A DNA stretch of 64,000 nucleotides, taken from NCBI GenBank assembly GCA_030141605.1, contig JAQGDQ010000001.1:1364001-1428000 (forward strand), read 5' to 3'. This DNA is from Tubiluchus corallicola (lineage: Eukaryota; Animalia; Priapulida). Shown here piece after piece: positions 54,333-64,000 of this stretch (its first letter is position 1; each line of letters opens with the position of its first letter). Position numbers and translations under genes: made by a program. The notes under the pieces were generated by a model. The model saw only the letters and a program-made list of their open reading frames with translations. It did no database searches and had not been told where the DNA came from.

Positions 54333-57300
54333 TAGTACTAGTATTAGTATTAGTATTAGTATTAGTATTAGTATTAGTATTGCATTAGAAATGAAGTAAA
54401 TGTTAAGTATGCTGTTTACCAGTTACCAGTTTGGTTTAGCTAGAATGAGGTTCATCAATAGAAATGGTATTGCCGTATTTTATATGATATACAATGTTTT
54501 TTTATTTTTTATCATCTCCTATCATTGGTAAAATGTCAGCAGTCTACATGATGATATCATTCATGAGCATATTTGTATGCATATTTAATTGGCTTTCAAT
54601 TGACATGAAATCTTCTTACAAGGAAAGTTTTTCATCCTTGAGTTGCTATTCTATTTTACCAGCTTGATGACTAGTAATTATTTACCTCTTTCATATCTTC
54701 AAATACAAGAAAGAGTACATTAGGTTCATTCCGTATCCTCCAAAATTCTTGATTATGGTCCCAGAAACTTCCATGTCCCACTGAAATACAATGTAAATTT
54801 CATTTCAGTTTCATGTTCATAAGACAGTATTAGGATTATTATTTTGCAGTCTGTGCACTAAATTGAGTTACCATCCTCTCAGTCTCTGTACATACAAAAA
54901 ATGAACAGGAACTTTATGCCATTTAGCATTGTTATACTTTTTGTGTACAAAATACTGTCAGAATTAAGAACACTTTCTCATTCACCGTACCTTGCCCAAT
55001 CTGTTGCCTGACAAGATCCTCAAGAGGTATTATATCCTTTATAAATGTAAAGAGATTTGCAAAGTGTATCATGGAAATCATTACGTCTTTCGGATTGCGC
55101 GTTGTGTACACCACCTGTAATATTTGAAAATTGTAAAATAAGTTGCAGTTTTAGGGAAAGGCATGAATTTGTCAGCGACTCCGTAATTAAGTAAGTCACC
55201 GAATGGTCTGAAAAAAACTGCTACATTACTACAAATAAATAAAAGTACTTATCTAAAAAATTGTAAGCTGCTGGGATCCTAGTTGTACATAATAAAGCCA
55301 AATAGTATTGCGTATTTTTAAGTAAGCTTAAACTTATTTTCCTTTAAGTATCATTCTAAAAACTTTGAAAATTGCAGCAATTATATATTGTGTTCTTATG
55401 TTTATTAATGTACCAAAAAATTGAACACACCAATACGTTTTTATGGAAGGACAATTAGCTTAGTGGTTACAGTGAATACTTAGTGATCAAAAGTAAGCAA
55501 TGCCAAGCCTGGTCAGTAAATGGATGGGCTAAGATGCCTGTGTCACTTCAGTATGTCATTTTATAAGAATTTTCTTGATAATGAGCACCTCTTCAGTCAT
55601 ACAACCATCCACAGGCCCTGCTGTTGATTACTGAATTATAGCTGGTATTGTATTGGAATGCATAAAAAAATTCTCACCTTCCAATGTTATTGGACTATTA
55701 ACTGAATAAAGTCTTTTATGATGTCACATATAATTATATTGTTAAAAAGGTTAATAAACTATCTCAGGCAGTAAATCAATTACTACACAAATACTGTCTG
55801 ACACAGTGATACTACCAATTTTTTAGTCGCATCTAGATTCTGAGTTTAATGACAATGTCTAAAGATTTCCAAGGTAAGTGTTGTTTCGACTTTGACCTTT
55901 GGCTTGACTTCATGAAACTGTTTTGGCAGTAATCCAAGTGGGAGATGTGATTTTATGAAACGAGGTCTCTTCATTTTCTTTATCTGTGGTATAACGTCAA
56001 GGATTGGAAACTCCAAGAAGGGAAATCGGGTCTCTTGCATTACTTCTTTTGCTGCTTTTGTATCAGCATTATTGCATACTAGCCAAACTATCTCCTGTGT
56101 CCATGTTGTTCCTGCAAGAAATGTGTTCAGTAATATCAGTGACAGATTAATCTGTATGTCATTATGAATTTCATCATAATCAATTATGACAGGATCCACC
56201 ACAGAATTATTTTTTCACGAAAAAGCTGTTAAAACCAAACAAAAATTTTGATTTTGTAATGCCTCTTTATAATCACTGAATGTGATACATGCGGACAGTT
56301 ATGCTTCTCAAGTACATTAGTTTTGCTTTGCTATTTGCATTACGTTTGTGACTAACCAGCATGCCTTTACCTGCCTTAGGGTATGTAACAACCCATATGT
56401 CATCTTCATATACTTCCAGTGCATTTATTTTATCCATCCGGTCAAAATATGGTTCCATACTCCAGTAATCTAAACAAGAACAACAATGCGAGTAAGTACT
56501 TGGCTCCGTATCTATCCGGTGCAAAAACTATTAAGCTACTGCCAGTGTTGCTACTTTATGATCGAGTTGTATAGAAAAAGATCTATATTGTCGTGAGCTC
56601 GTAGATTTATTAATATTTTAGTGCTTAAGCAAATTTTCTGTCAAGATTACACATGAGCTTTAAGTCATTAGATTTATTGTTTTATTTTTTTTACATTTAT
56701 TTGTGTCTGACATTCCACTGAGTCCACTGTCACTCAGTAGTCAGAATAAATGTTACCTGTGCCTGGAACCTTGTACAACTTCAAGTTGCCATTCATTGCC
56801 GTCTGCATAACTTCCAGATGATCAAATCTATGCATACGTCGTCTGATTTTGGTAAGGGCATAAATGCTAAGACCAACTGCTGCTGTAGCTGCAACTCCAA
56901 TAACTATAGCTTTGCCTTCCATAGTACAAATCAGTGTAGTAATGCAGGTTACCTTAAATACATCAATTATGTTATATTTAACATTAAAATGGCGAAATGT
57001 GCTGTAGGAAGTTTATATTGAATTATACCTAGCGTAAGTATTGCAGAATGTCACACAACAATATTTACATACTAAAAATAAGACTAACTTAAAGCATTAG
57101 AACAATATCTGACTAATATATTAATGTAACTACGTATTAATTCTCCTGGTATATTTGTGTCTGTCTGGATATATGTGTATATGCTTACCATACGCAATTT
57201 TCTTGTCTATTGCTATACCATTTGCAATGAATTATAATAGCAAATGAACTGCTTTGGTTACCTGAATCCATAAGTGATTCATTTTTCAATCCGAGCCATC

Positions 57301-59642
57301 CGCAAAGAATGGGGGGGGGCAAAAACACACCAAAAATAGACCTTCTACTCATTTTTTCGCCAAACTTATAAAACTGAGATCTGAAGAATGGAACGTTAGA
57401 TTGTGCATTTCAGTAATAGGTGCGACATTTGCCATTTTACATAGTTCTGCTTTGAGCAAAATGCTGTCATTGTTGCTCTTGTTCATCTATGGTGTGTGAT
57501 ATTTTATTGTTGTTTTTTACTTTTGTCATTGTCATCACCATCATTGTGATGTGGCATGGTGTGGGACTGATATAACTTGGTGTGATGTGGTAAGGAGTGG
57601 ATGTTATGGTGTGATGTGGGAGGTGTGAGCGGTGTCGTGTGGTGTGGCATGGCGTGGGTGTCGTGAGGTTTGTGCATAAGTGCTTGTGATATGTGAGGCG
57701 AGTGTGGTGTGTGTGTGTGATGTGGGTTGTTGTTCCGGGTTTGTGCTAGTGTTTTGTTGGTATTAATTAGAGGTGACAAAAACCGCTATCTATTATGTAA
57801 AAACAGATAAGCACCTCAAATAAAAGATTAAAATTACAGTCAAATTGCATGGTCAATTCGTTTACCTCAGAGGCATTACATGTGAAGGTCATTGAAATAA
57901 TGGCAGGCTAATGTGAACTACATACAGAGAAGTGATGTGGAGCTGATTTGAATGTCAGACTAGTGTGGATGACGTGTAGAGAATCAACGATAATTAACAC
58001 TGTCATTGCAAAGGTTCAAAGAGTTGTTAGGCCTAGAAGCTAGACAGTAGCTACCCATTGTAATTACAAGAGGTCCTTACATTTGTACCTGTCCTGTCCA
58101 CACATTCTACTTTCTGCATAGATCATACATTTTTACATTTATTTATCAATACAAAAAAATTACATTGTTATTACAAAGATTCAATTGCGTAGACTTAGCC
58201 ACGCATATAGAACTTATGTATGGCAGTAAAGAGCCATTTTGACTAAATAATGCAATTTAGTTTTCTCATGGTCCGAAAAATACTGATGGTGCTCCCCTGC
58301 TCCTTTAGCGTAAAATTTGATAGACTGCCGATTTTCGGTACAGCTTTTGAACCATTTAACGTGCCAGCTCATCGTTTTGTCATGCGCAGTACACAATAGG
58401 TACGTGCGGTCAATGTGTCACATAACGGTTGTAGCACGTGATAACTATGATATTAAAATCATTGTAGCCAATATAATATTAAATACATGTATAAGCTTAC
58501 CGTACGTGAATGAAATACTACTAAATAGTCACACTTCTGCTCCAATTAGTATTTGATTGTGTTATATTCGTCTTTTGCACATGCACTAATGTACCTAACT
58601 GAAATAATTATTTCTTTATTGAACAAACCAGAATGGATCAAACTTCACCCAGAACAGCTCAGCGTATAATATTTACACTCATCAAGGCCAAGTTACGCAG
58701 TGCAGCACTGTATTGAACTATTGGCAGATGCGTTCAGTGTTAAATTTGAAAGCAGAAATAATCGAACCAGTATGAATTGCAGTTTGCACATTATCAGAAT
58801 GTGAATTTCAATCCAGGTTGATCAGTTTTCATTAGATACTTATTTACCAGGAGAGGCATCATGCCTGTCTATACTCTGACTGTGTTGAACTAGTTTCTGC
58901 ATTGTTAAAGTCCTAATATATCTTGGATATTTTCCGACTGTTATTAGTTTTCCGTGTTTAACACGGCTTACGCTTTGTATTTTGTTTGTTTTGTAATACT
59001 GCAGCTGATTTTTGTAATGTACAGTATTTGTTTGCGTTTTGGAAGCAGCAGTTAAACTGTCTTTTATACATTCTCAATAAACATTATACACTTTTAAGTG
59101 ATACCATTATAAATAATGGTGGTGCCTATCCAATTAAGTTCCACTTGTAATAGAAAAAAGAAAGCTATGAAACAGTTCTTGTTGTCGTCAGAAGATATTA
59201 TCTATATTAGTATGTATTACTTGAACTCTTACTAAAATACTTTAGTATCTTAGACTGTATTATTAAGAACACAGTTGTTGTGCTTTTTCATCAGTAATGA
59301 TGGTCATATTAATTAATTGCTGTCACTTTATAATGTGGGTTGCATAATCGGGATTTCAAATGCTATTAGACTAAAAAGTACTTGATTTGTTTTAGGAATC
59401 TGCCACTGTGCCAATCACACAAAAGGAGCAAACTGTGAAATGTGTGCTAATGGTTATGTTGGTGACCCCATACAGGGTATAGCCTGCATGGTTCAAGGTA
59501 GTGAAGGTATGTATATACACAATCAAGCGGTTTGAGCATGTGGCTTATAGAGCATGCAAAAATTGCAACCGCCGATAACTATTTGTCACATCTCCACGCA
59601 CTGCTTCTAATTGGTGATACTAGTAGCATTTTAGCTACTAAC

Positions 59643-59678
<36 letters not shown>

Positions 59679-61795
59679 ATAGGAAAGATATAGATACTAA
59701 AACAATGTGCGGATGGTATTAGTATAAAATTGCACCCAACCAAATGTAAATACTTATATGTTGGCTCTGTTTGATAAAAGTAATATAATTTTAGATGATG
59801 GAATTGTAATTAGTTATACTGATCAGTATGTCTGTCTAGGGGAGCCAATATATGCAGTGAGCCAATAAAATATCAAATTGAGTAGGAAATAGTGGCAAAT
59901 ATACAGTGTGTCACATATGGTGTCACACATAGTGTGTCACATATATAAATATACTGATTTCATTTATCAAAATAATGATGCTCTGTATTATGTGAAAAAA
60001 CTATTGCTAGAGGGTCCTCTAAAGTCTACTTTACTATATGCATGTGAAACGTGGCTATGTGATGATATAAAACCAAACTCATAGTATGTATGTTTCATGT
60101 TTTAAAGAACTGCCGGGAGTAAGACAGCATCCCTGCATTGATTTAGTTTACATAGAGGCAGGTATCCCATCTATGTCTGCAACAATTAACTGTCCTCAAT
60201 CAAAATTTGATAAAAAATTACTTATGAGCCGAACAATATCCCGTTGAAAAAGGTTAAAATTAGTAGAACGTGAGAGAACACCAATGTATACTATTATATG
60301 TAACAGGCTACAAATAACAGATTTATAAAAGTTGAAATGAATAATATAAAAGATAAAATAAAAGCATAAAATCAAACGTGTAGGCAATACTATATCAGGC
60401 AGATTAATCTACAATTGTCTGTCGATGCTATGTATACTGAAAAACTTTGCTCGTTAGAACATTGTAGAATAGCAGCATCGCGTATGAGATTGTCATCCCA
60501 TCGTGTAATAGTGGAAACTGGTAGATGGAGTAGAATTCCATCTAATCAAAGGCTTTGTATATGTAGCAGAGATATACTAGTTGAGGAATATGTACTGTTA
60601 GATTGTGAGTTTACTGGACACTTTTGAAACCAATCCTTTAATAATATTATTGCTTTAATGAACTCAACAAATCAGTTTTGGTCGCTTTCATACAAAGTTT
60701 TGAATTTATTTAAATGATAATTAGTTTTATTGTGCAGTCTAACTCAATAGCATACAAGATAGATATTTTTTGTATGATTGTTAATTTTATAGTGTATTTT
60801 CCCTGTGTTAGTGTCACTAAATAAACTAAACTATTATCTGACCTACACTGTTGCCAAAAAAGTTTTTATGTGAATTTCTTAGTGGCATCTATTGACGGGA
60901 AATAAAAAGGTATTTGTGGATGGAGTGTAACCGAGTAGGTACTGGGATTATTTGAGAATTGGGTGTAGCCAAATAGCTACTGGGTGTACTTAATGGCCGA
61001 CGCTACTGTTTTTGTTCAGTAAATGGATGTGTGACTACCGGGTTCATACTTATTTCTGGATGTTTTCGTCTGCCACATAGTCCCATGGAAACTTGGTTTT
61101 TTACCGTTTCACAAGATAATGAAGATGGCTGAAGCCAGGCTAGTGTTTCATCTTAGATAATTGGCCTTGATAATATGATAGGTTCCAGTCACATCACAGC
61201 CCCATTTACATTGAATAGGTTCTGTGACCCAGTGCTCGATCCAGGTTTGCAGAGTGCTAAACTTAATTCTTAGTGAAACTGTGTGGCAGTTTTGCTGTGT
61301 ATGTTACAGAACAGATTGAAAAGCTGCTGATTAGAGAATGATGAAGACAGAAAGTGCTTACTTATAAATTTTTAAAACTTGAAAACGCACGAACTAAAGA
61401 CATGTTTAAACTAGAAAAATTGATAGATGGGAAACTCATATTTGTGTCCTGACAGTGCAAAAGAATGTGTAATTAACAATAATTTCTCTTCAAGTGATTT
61501 GTTGATATTTCTGTGTTTTACTTCACTGATGAATGAAGTAAAATGAATGATGATTTTTATTTCAGGGCAAGCTGGCCGTGAAGGTTTTCGTCATCATATC
61601 ATTGTAGCTTTTCTGCTAGTAGTCATTATTCTTCTTAGCCTTATCGTTTGTGGATACATCTACCACAAATACAGAGAGCAGAAAATAAACCATCCTTATT
61701 TCACTGTTGAGCTACGAGACGATAACGTCAATTTTGACGGTTTGGAACTGGACAAACAGTATAAGGCAAACTTACTGTTACACGAAAATCGGTAG
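36120..61795 (+). CDS. MEGF9: MEGF9-like type I membrane protein (signal peptide, FN3, ~3 laminin-EGF repeats, TM, conserved tail), 356 aa, 7 coding exons
   Basis: Exons 36120-36180, 40657-40821, 42600-42761, 42981-43172, 44422-44571, 59396-59506 and 61566-61795; all GT-AG, all introns phase 1, 1071 nt open. FN3 PPINIR..SIVIHWEPP..GLEPGMLYSISISA, laminin-EGF CNCNQIG..CFCKDGFLGLQCNMC and CHCANHTKGANCEMCANGYVGDP, TM IIVAFLLVVIILLSLIVCGYIY, tail KINHPYFTVELRDDNVNF resembling MEGF9 KLNAPFWTIELKEDNISF. Confidence 0.85.
36381..38836. repeat. Long diverged inverted repeat (arms ~36381-36705 and ~38477-38836) plus an internal direct repeat (37541-37712 and 38308-38492)
   Basis: Left aatgaagaatgga, ttgtcaagca, ctctcaagttttg and tgcacttgccttaa match right tccattcttcatt, tgcttgacaa, caaaacttgagag and ttaaggcaagtgca in reverse complement. 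Confidence 0.85.
38921..39864 (+). mobile_element. Non-autonomous pogo/Tigger-like DNA transposon
   Basis: TIRs CAGTGGGCGCCGCTTAATAGACTC and GAGTCTATTAAGCGCCGCCTGCTG, TA on both sides, and internal remnant NVSEQTIRNCFSH (pogo W..V...TI.NCF motif) near 39455-39495. Confidence 0.85.
40982..41094. mobile_element. 113-bp palindromic MITE (PIF/Harbinger-like)
   Basis: 48-bp arms CTGGGACTGGCTTCACAAAG... and ...CTTTGTGAAACCAGCCCCAG, a 17-nt loop, and CTG/CAG (CWG) ends. Confidence 0.75.
44790..45123 (+). mobile_element. Helitron-like non-autonomous element
   Basis: GC-rich insert after a (TA)n run, with a subterminal hairpin (cccgtaacggg) and a CTAG|T 3' end at 45120-45124. A diverged partial copy lies at 57281-57393. 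Confidence 0.5.
45171..45364. repeat. Compound microsatellite (TTA)n-(TAG)n-(TAGTGG)n-(CAG)n
   Basis: Directly visible; explains the poly-T/N and YH-repeat ORFs. Confidence 0.97.
46320..50120 (-). CDS. Sulfotransferase A (SULT1-like) with N-terminal hydrophobic anchor, 333 aa, 7 coding exons; nested antisense in the MEGF9-like intron
   Basis: Exons 50120-49946, 49408-49310, 48754-48540, 47818-47695, 47456-47362, 46739-46559 and 46432-46320 (1002 nt, GT-AG). Motifs DDIWVITYIKAGTTW, RFPFLE, PRLIKSHLP, YTTRNPKDTLVS, WDHVQEYW, FEDLK and FMRKGKVGDW. Confidence 0.95.
47487..47542. repeat. 28-bp perfect tandem duplication
   Basis: tgtacttagtttacttagtactaatcca occurs twice, next to the exon 5 acceptor of sulfotransferase A. 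Confidence 0.85.
53597..56922 (-). CDS. Sulfotransferase B (SULT1-like) with N-terminal hydrophobic anchor, 330 aa, 7 coding exons; tandem paralogue of A
   Basis: Exons 56922-56757, 56469-56371, 56111-55897, 55114-54991, 54780-54686, 54243-54063 and 53709-53597 (993 nt, GT-AG). Motifs TYPKAGTTW, PRFIKSHLP, YTTRNPKDVMIS, FWDHNQEFW and MMRKGKVGDWK. Exons 2-7 have the same lengths as in gene A (99/215/124/95/181/113). Confidence 0.95.
54266..54381. repeat. (TTA)n-(TTAGTA)n compound microsatellite
   Basis: Directly visible in intron 5 of sulfotransferase B. Confidence 0.97.
55449..55690 (+). mobile_element. Possible decayed SINE with a tRNA-like A box and a 5S-rRNA-like segment
   Basis: TAGCTTAGTGGTTA (A-box-like), followed by aagtaagcaatgccaagcctggtcagtaaatggatggg, resembling 5S AAGCTAAGCAGGGTCGGGCCTGGTTAGTACTTGGATGGG. 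Confidence 0.5.
57545..57770. repeat. Degenerate (GTGTG/GTGTGGT) low-complexity tract
   Basis: G/T-rich decayed pentamers; explains the His-rich ORF 57504-57779. Confidence 0.75.
59647..59676. repeat. (GA)n microsatellite
   Basis: About 15 units. Confidence 0.95.
59700..60833 (+). mobile_element. Decayed RTEX-like LINE 3' fragment
   Basis: YVCLGEPI, LLYACETWL, GVRQHPCIDLVYIEAGIPS and RMRLSSHRVIVETGRWSRIPSNQRLCIC...EEYVLLDC, with stops and frameshifts; ends in an aataaactaaact tail near 60820. Confidence 0.75.
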
Positions 61796-61952
61796 CCGCT
61801 CTTCTTGTTATTTTTGGCAATGCACTAAACTGATTTTTAACTTAAACATTTTTCACTGTCAAAGCTACTGCACTATTCTACAGCAAAGTAAATGAAGCAT
61901 TTGTTGTTTCTGTGATCTCAGCATTTTCATTAAATGCGAAGATCCCGAAATA

Positions 61953-62772
61953 TCAGGTGGCACAAGAAATGTGCCAAAAATTTGATCACGATATTATAAA
62001 AAGAAAATAATGGAATTGGCTGAAAATTTGAAAATTACCGCACGATGTTACAGATGCTTATGTAAAAGCACCAAAAAGGTTAGGTCATTCCCTTTGATTT
62101 TGCCAAGGATACAGAAGTTTAGTTCTAAATTAAGGCATAAAAAGTAAATACCAGAAACAATTTTGTACATGTATGTCACTATTGTTACAATTTACAGCAA
62201 GCCCTCTGTCCACTGCTTTCACTGCAGGCTAGGCGAAAGCATTTCTTTCATCAACAGACACAACTTTTCACTTCTTTAATGGGGACTTGGTCCCTACACT
62301 CAACAATTTTTGCCTTGTTACTTTAGTTCCATTGCATCAAAAACATTCGCTCTGTGCTGCCGTCGTACACTTTCTTTTTCAGGAATTTCCGTGTACCATA
62401 ATCTAGAGGATTAAGTCTCATTTTTCCTGATAACAAATCTCTATTCAGTGCTTTATTTTCTGTGGTGAAAACCAGGATGTAAATTGGTTGATTACTTTGT
62501 TGTTTTACTGCCCTGTATTGAATGCTTTATACGTCAGTGCGGATGTTTCTTAATTATTGATGATTAGCTAACATTGTTCTGGCGTTTGAATTTTTAATGT
62601 GCAAAAGTTTTTTGGTTGTAACTGAAAAACTACTAAACCTATAAACTTATAACTTTCGGAGACAAATGCTAATACAATTTAATATCGTCCTGTGAAATTT
62701 CAGCTTTGTATTGCACTTGCTTGTAATGTTATTGCAGTCTAAGCTCGTGCACATTTCTTCTGCGCCACCCGA
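61953..62772 (-). mobile_element. Internally deleted mariner-type (maT/rosa-like) transposon downstream of the MEGF9-like stop
   Basis: TIRs TCAGGTGGCACAAGAAATGTGC and GCACATTTCTTCTGCGCCACCCGA, TA on both sides. A DLNPLDYG remnant is seen on the minus strand near 62396-62420. Confidence 0.75.
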
Positions 62773-64000
62773 TATAAAAGTCAGCAAGAAATACTAGAAA
62801 AGTCTTATTTGTCTTATAAGACAAATTATTGAAACTATCGGCGATTATTTTTACTAAGGTAATCAGTGATATCGGCAGGCTCTGCCAGTTAAGGAAACAA
62901 GGTAATTTTTTATTTCTGCAATAAAGTTGATTTGTATATTAAGTAAGTGATCTCCTTTGTCTCTAAACTTCAAGCTGTGCTGGTCGCAGTCTTTTTTATC
63001 GTAGAAGTGTTACTGGTAATTTTGTGCTTATTACTTACTCTTGCAATTATTTTTTAAACAATAGTGTACAATATTTCTTCACTGAATTTAGTGAATTCTG
63101 TGGTATATTTGCTGAAAAATCATGTAAGTTCTACCTTGTGTAGAGTATCATTTTCTATTTTTATTGTGTATAATCTGTATAATAATTGAATTTTTCATAA
63201 ACCTTATGCTTCTAGTAACAACTATAGTAACCTGTGGTTGAAAAATGTTATTATAATAGCTTGTAACATTTTTGTCTGTAGCAGGTATTTGCAAAAATAT
63301 TTTAGTCTGCTAAGTGATAAATATTATTTAGAGATGTTTTGTTGCCGTGGTAAAGGTCTTGTGTTGCCAACTTTATGTTGCCCATATCATCATGGACCAT
63401 ATGAAGTGATTAATTTCCATGTTTTTGAGTAACTTGCATCTGGCATTTTTTATGGTTGTAATTGTTCTGAACATTATGGTTGTATGTTATATTAGTGTTA
63501 GACTTCATTGCACAAACATTCAATGCAGAGAGTAATTTCATGATTTTATCAGTGATGTAGCTTAATTGTAGTGTAGATACTGATGTTTGTTTTTAAAGCA
63601 AAATTTTTGAATCAAAAATATGGCAAAATTTAATATTGTATTTTTGTCTGTGATGAAATGCTTACACATGAGTTACTACACATGAGTTACACATGATTAC
63701 TTTAAAAAAGTTAGTCATCTCGTTAAAAAGCATTGTGTCCAATGATATGCTTTGTGTGTTGTAGACAGTAGTTACACTATATTATTTTTCATATTTGTAC
63801 GTTTTATGTAAACATTTCTGTGTATAAAATCTATATCAAACTTAATTTTACTAAACTAAAAACAAAATTAGGTTTATGTAACATAGGTAGTTACTTTTTA
63901 CCTAGTGTAAATGCTCGACATATAATTATTGTTTTATTTGTACAAGCAAATCAAAATGGTTGTGAGAACTGGTCTGATCCTTTTAGTTATGTACATCTAA

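Noticed and set aside
46320-56922. Luciferin/coelenterazine sulfotransferase assignment
   Set aside because: Those enzymes share this fold, but nothing visible here specifies substrate and the organism is unknown.
57504-57779. His/Pro/Thr-rich 91-aa ORF
   Set aside because: Reverse reading of a GT-rich low-complexity tract; non-ATG start.

Overview
AT-rich, intron-rich animal genomic DNA, most likely invertebrate; this is not a prokaryotic window. From left to right it holds: (1) the 5' half of a minus-strand Gmr1-type Gypsy LTR retrotransposon (LTR, tRNA-Leu PBS, gag, protease, then integrase directly, with one in-frame stop); (2) an intronless orphan class-A GPCR; (3) a six-coding-exon TRIM45 orthologue (minus strand, 908 aa, with a long extra N-terminus); and (4) head-to-head with it, a seven-coding-exon MEGF9-like FN3/laminin-EGF membrane protein gene (plus strand, 356 aa). 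The 14.8-kb intron after its fifth coding exon hosts two tandem, antisense, seven-exon SULT1-type sulfotransferase genes. Both sulfotransferases carry an N-terminal hydrophobic helix followed by a basic cluster, resembling a Tom70/Tom20-type signal anchor, which is unusual for this normally soluble family and is the most interesting signal I found. The rest is introns with decayed LINEs (RTE-, CR1- and RTEX-like), Tc1/mariner/pogo relics, MITEs, Helitron-like and SINE-like fragments, local duplications and microsatellites. I built the exon models by hand from GT-AG sites and reading-frame continuity. Family assignments come from motif recall, not database searches.
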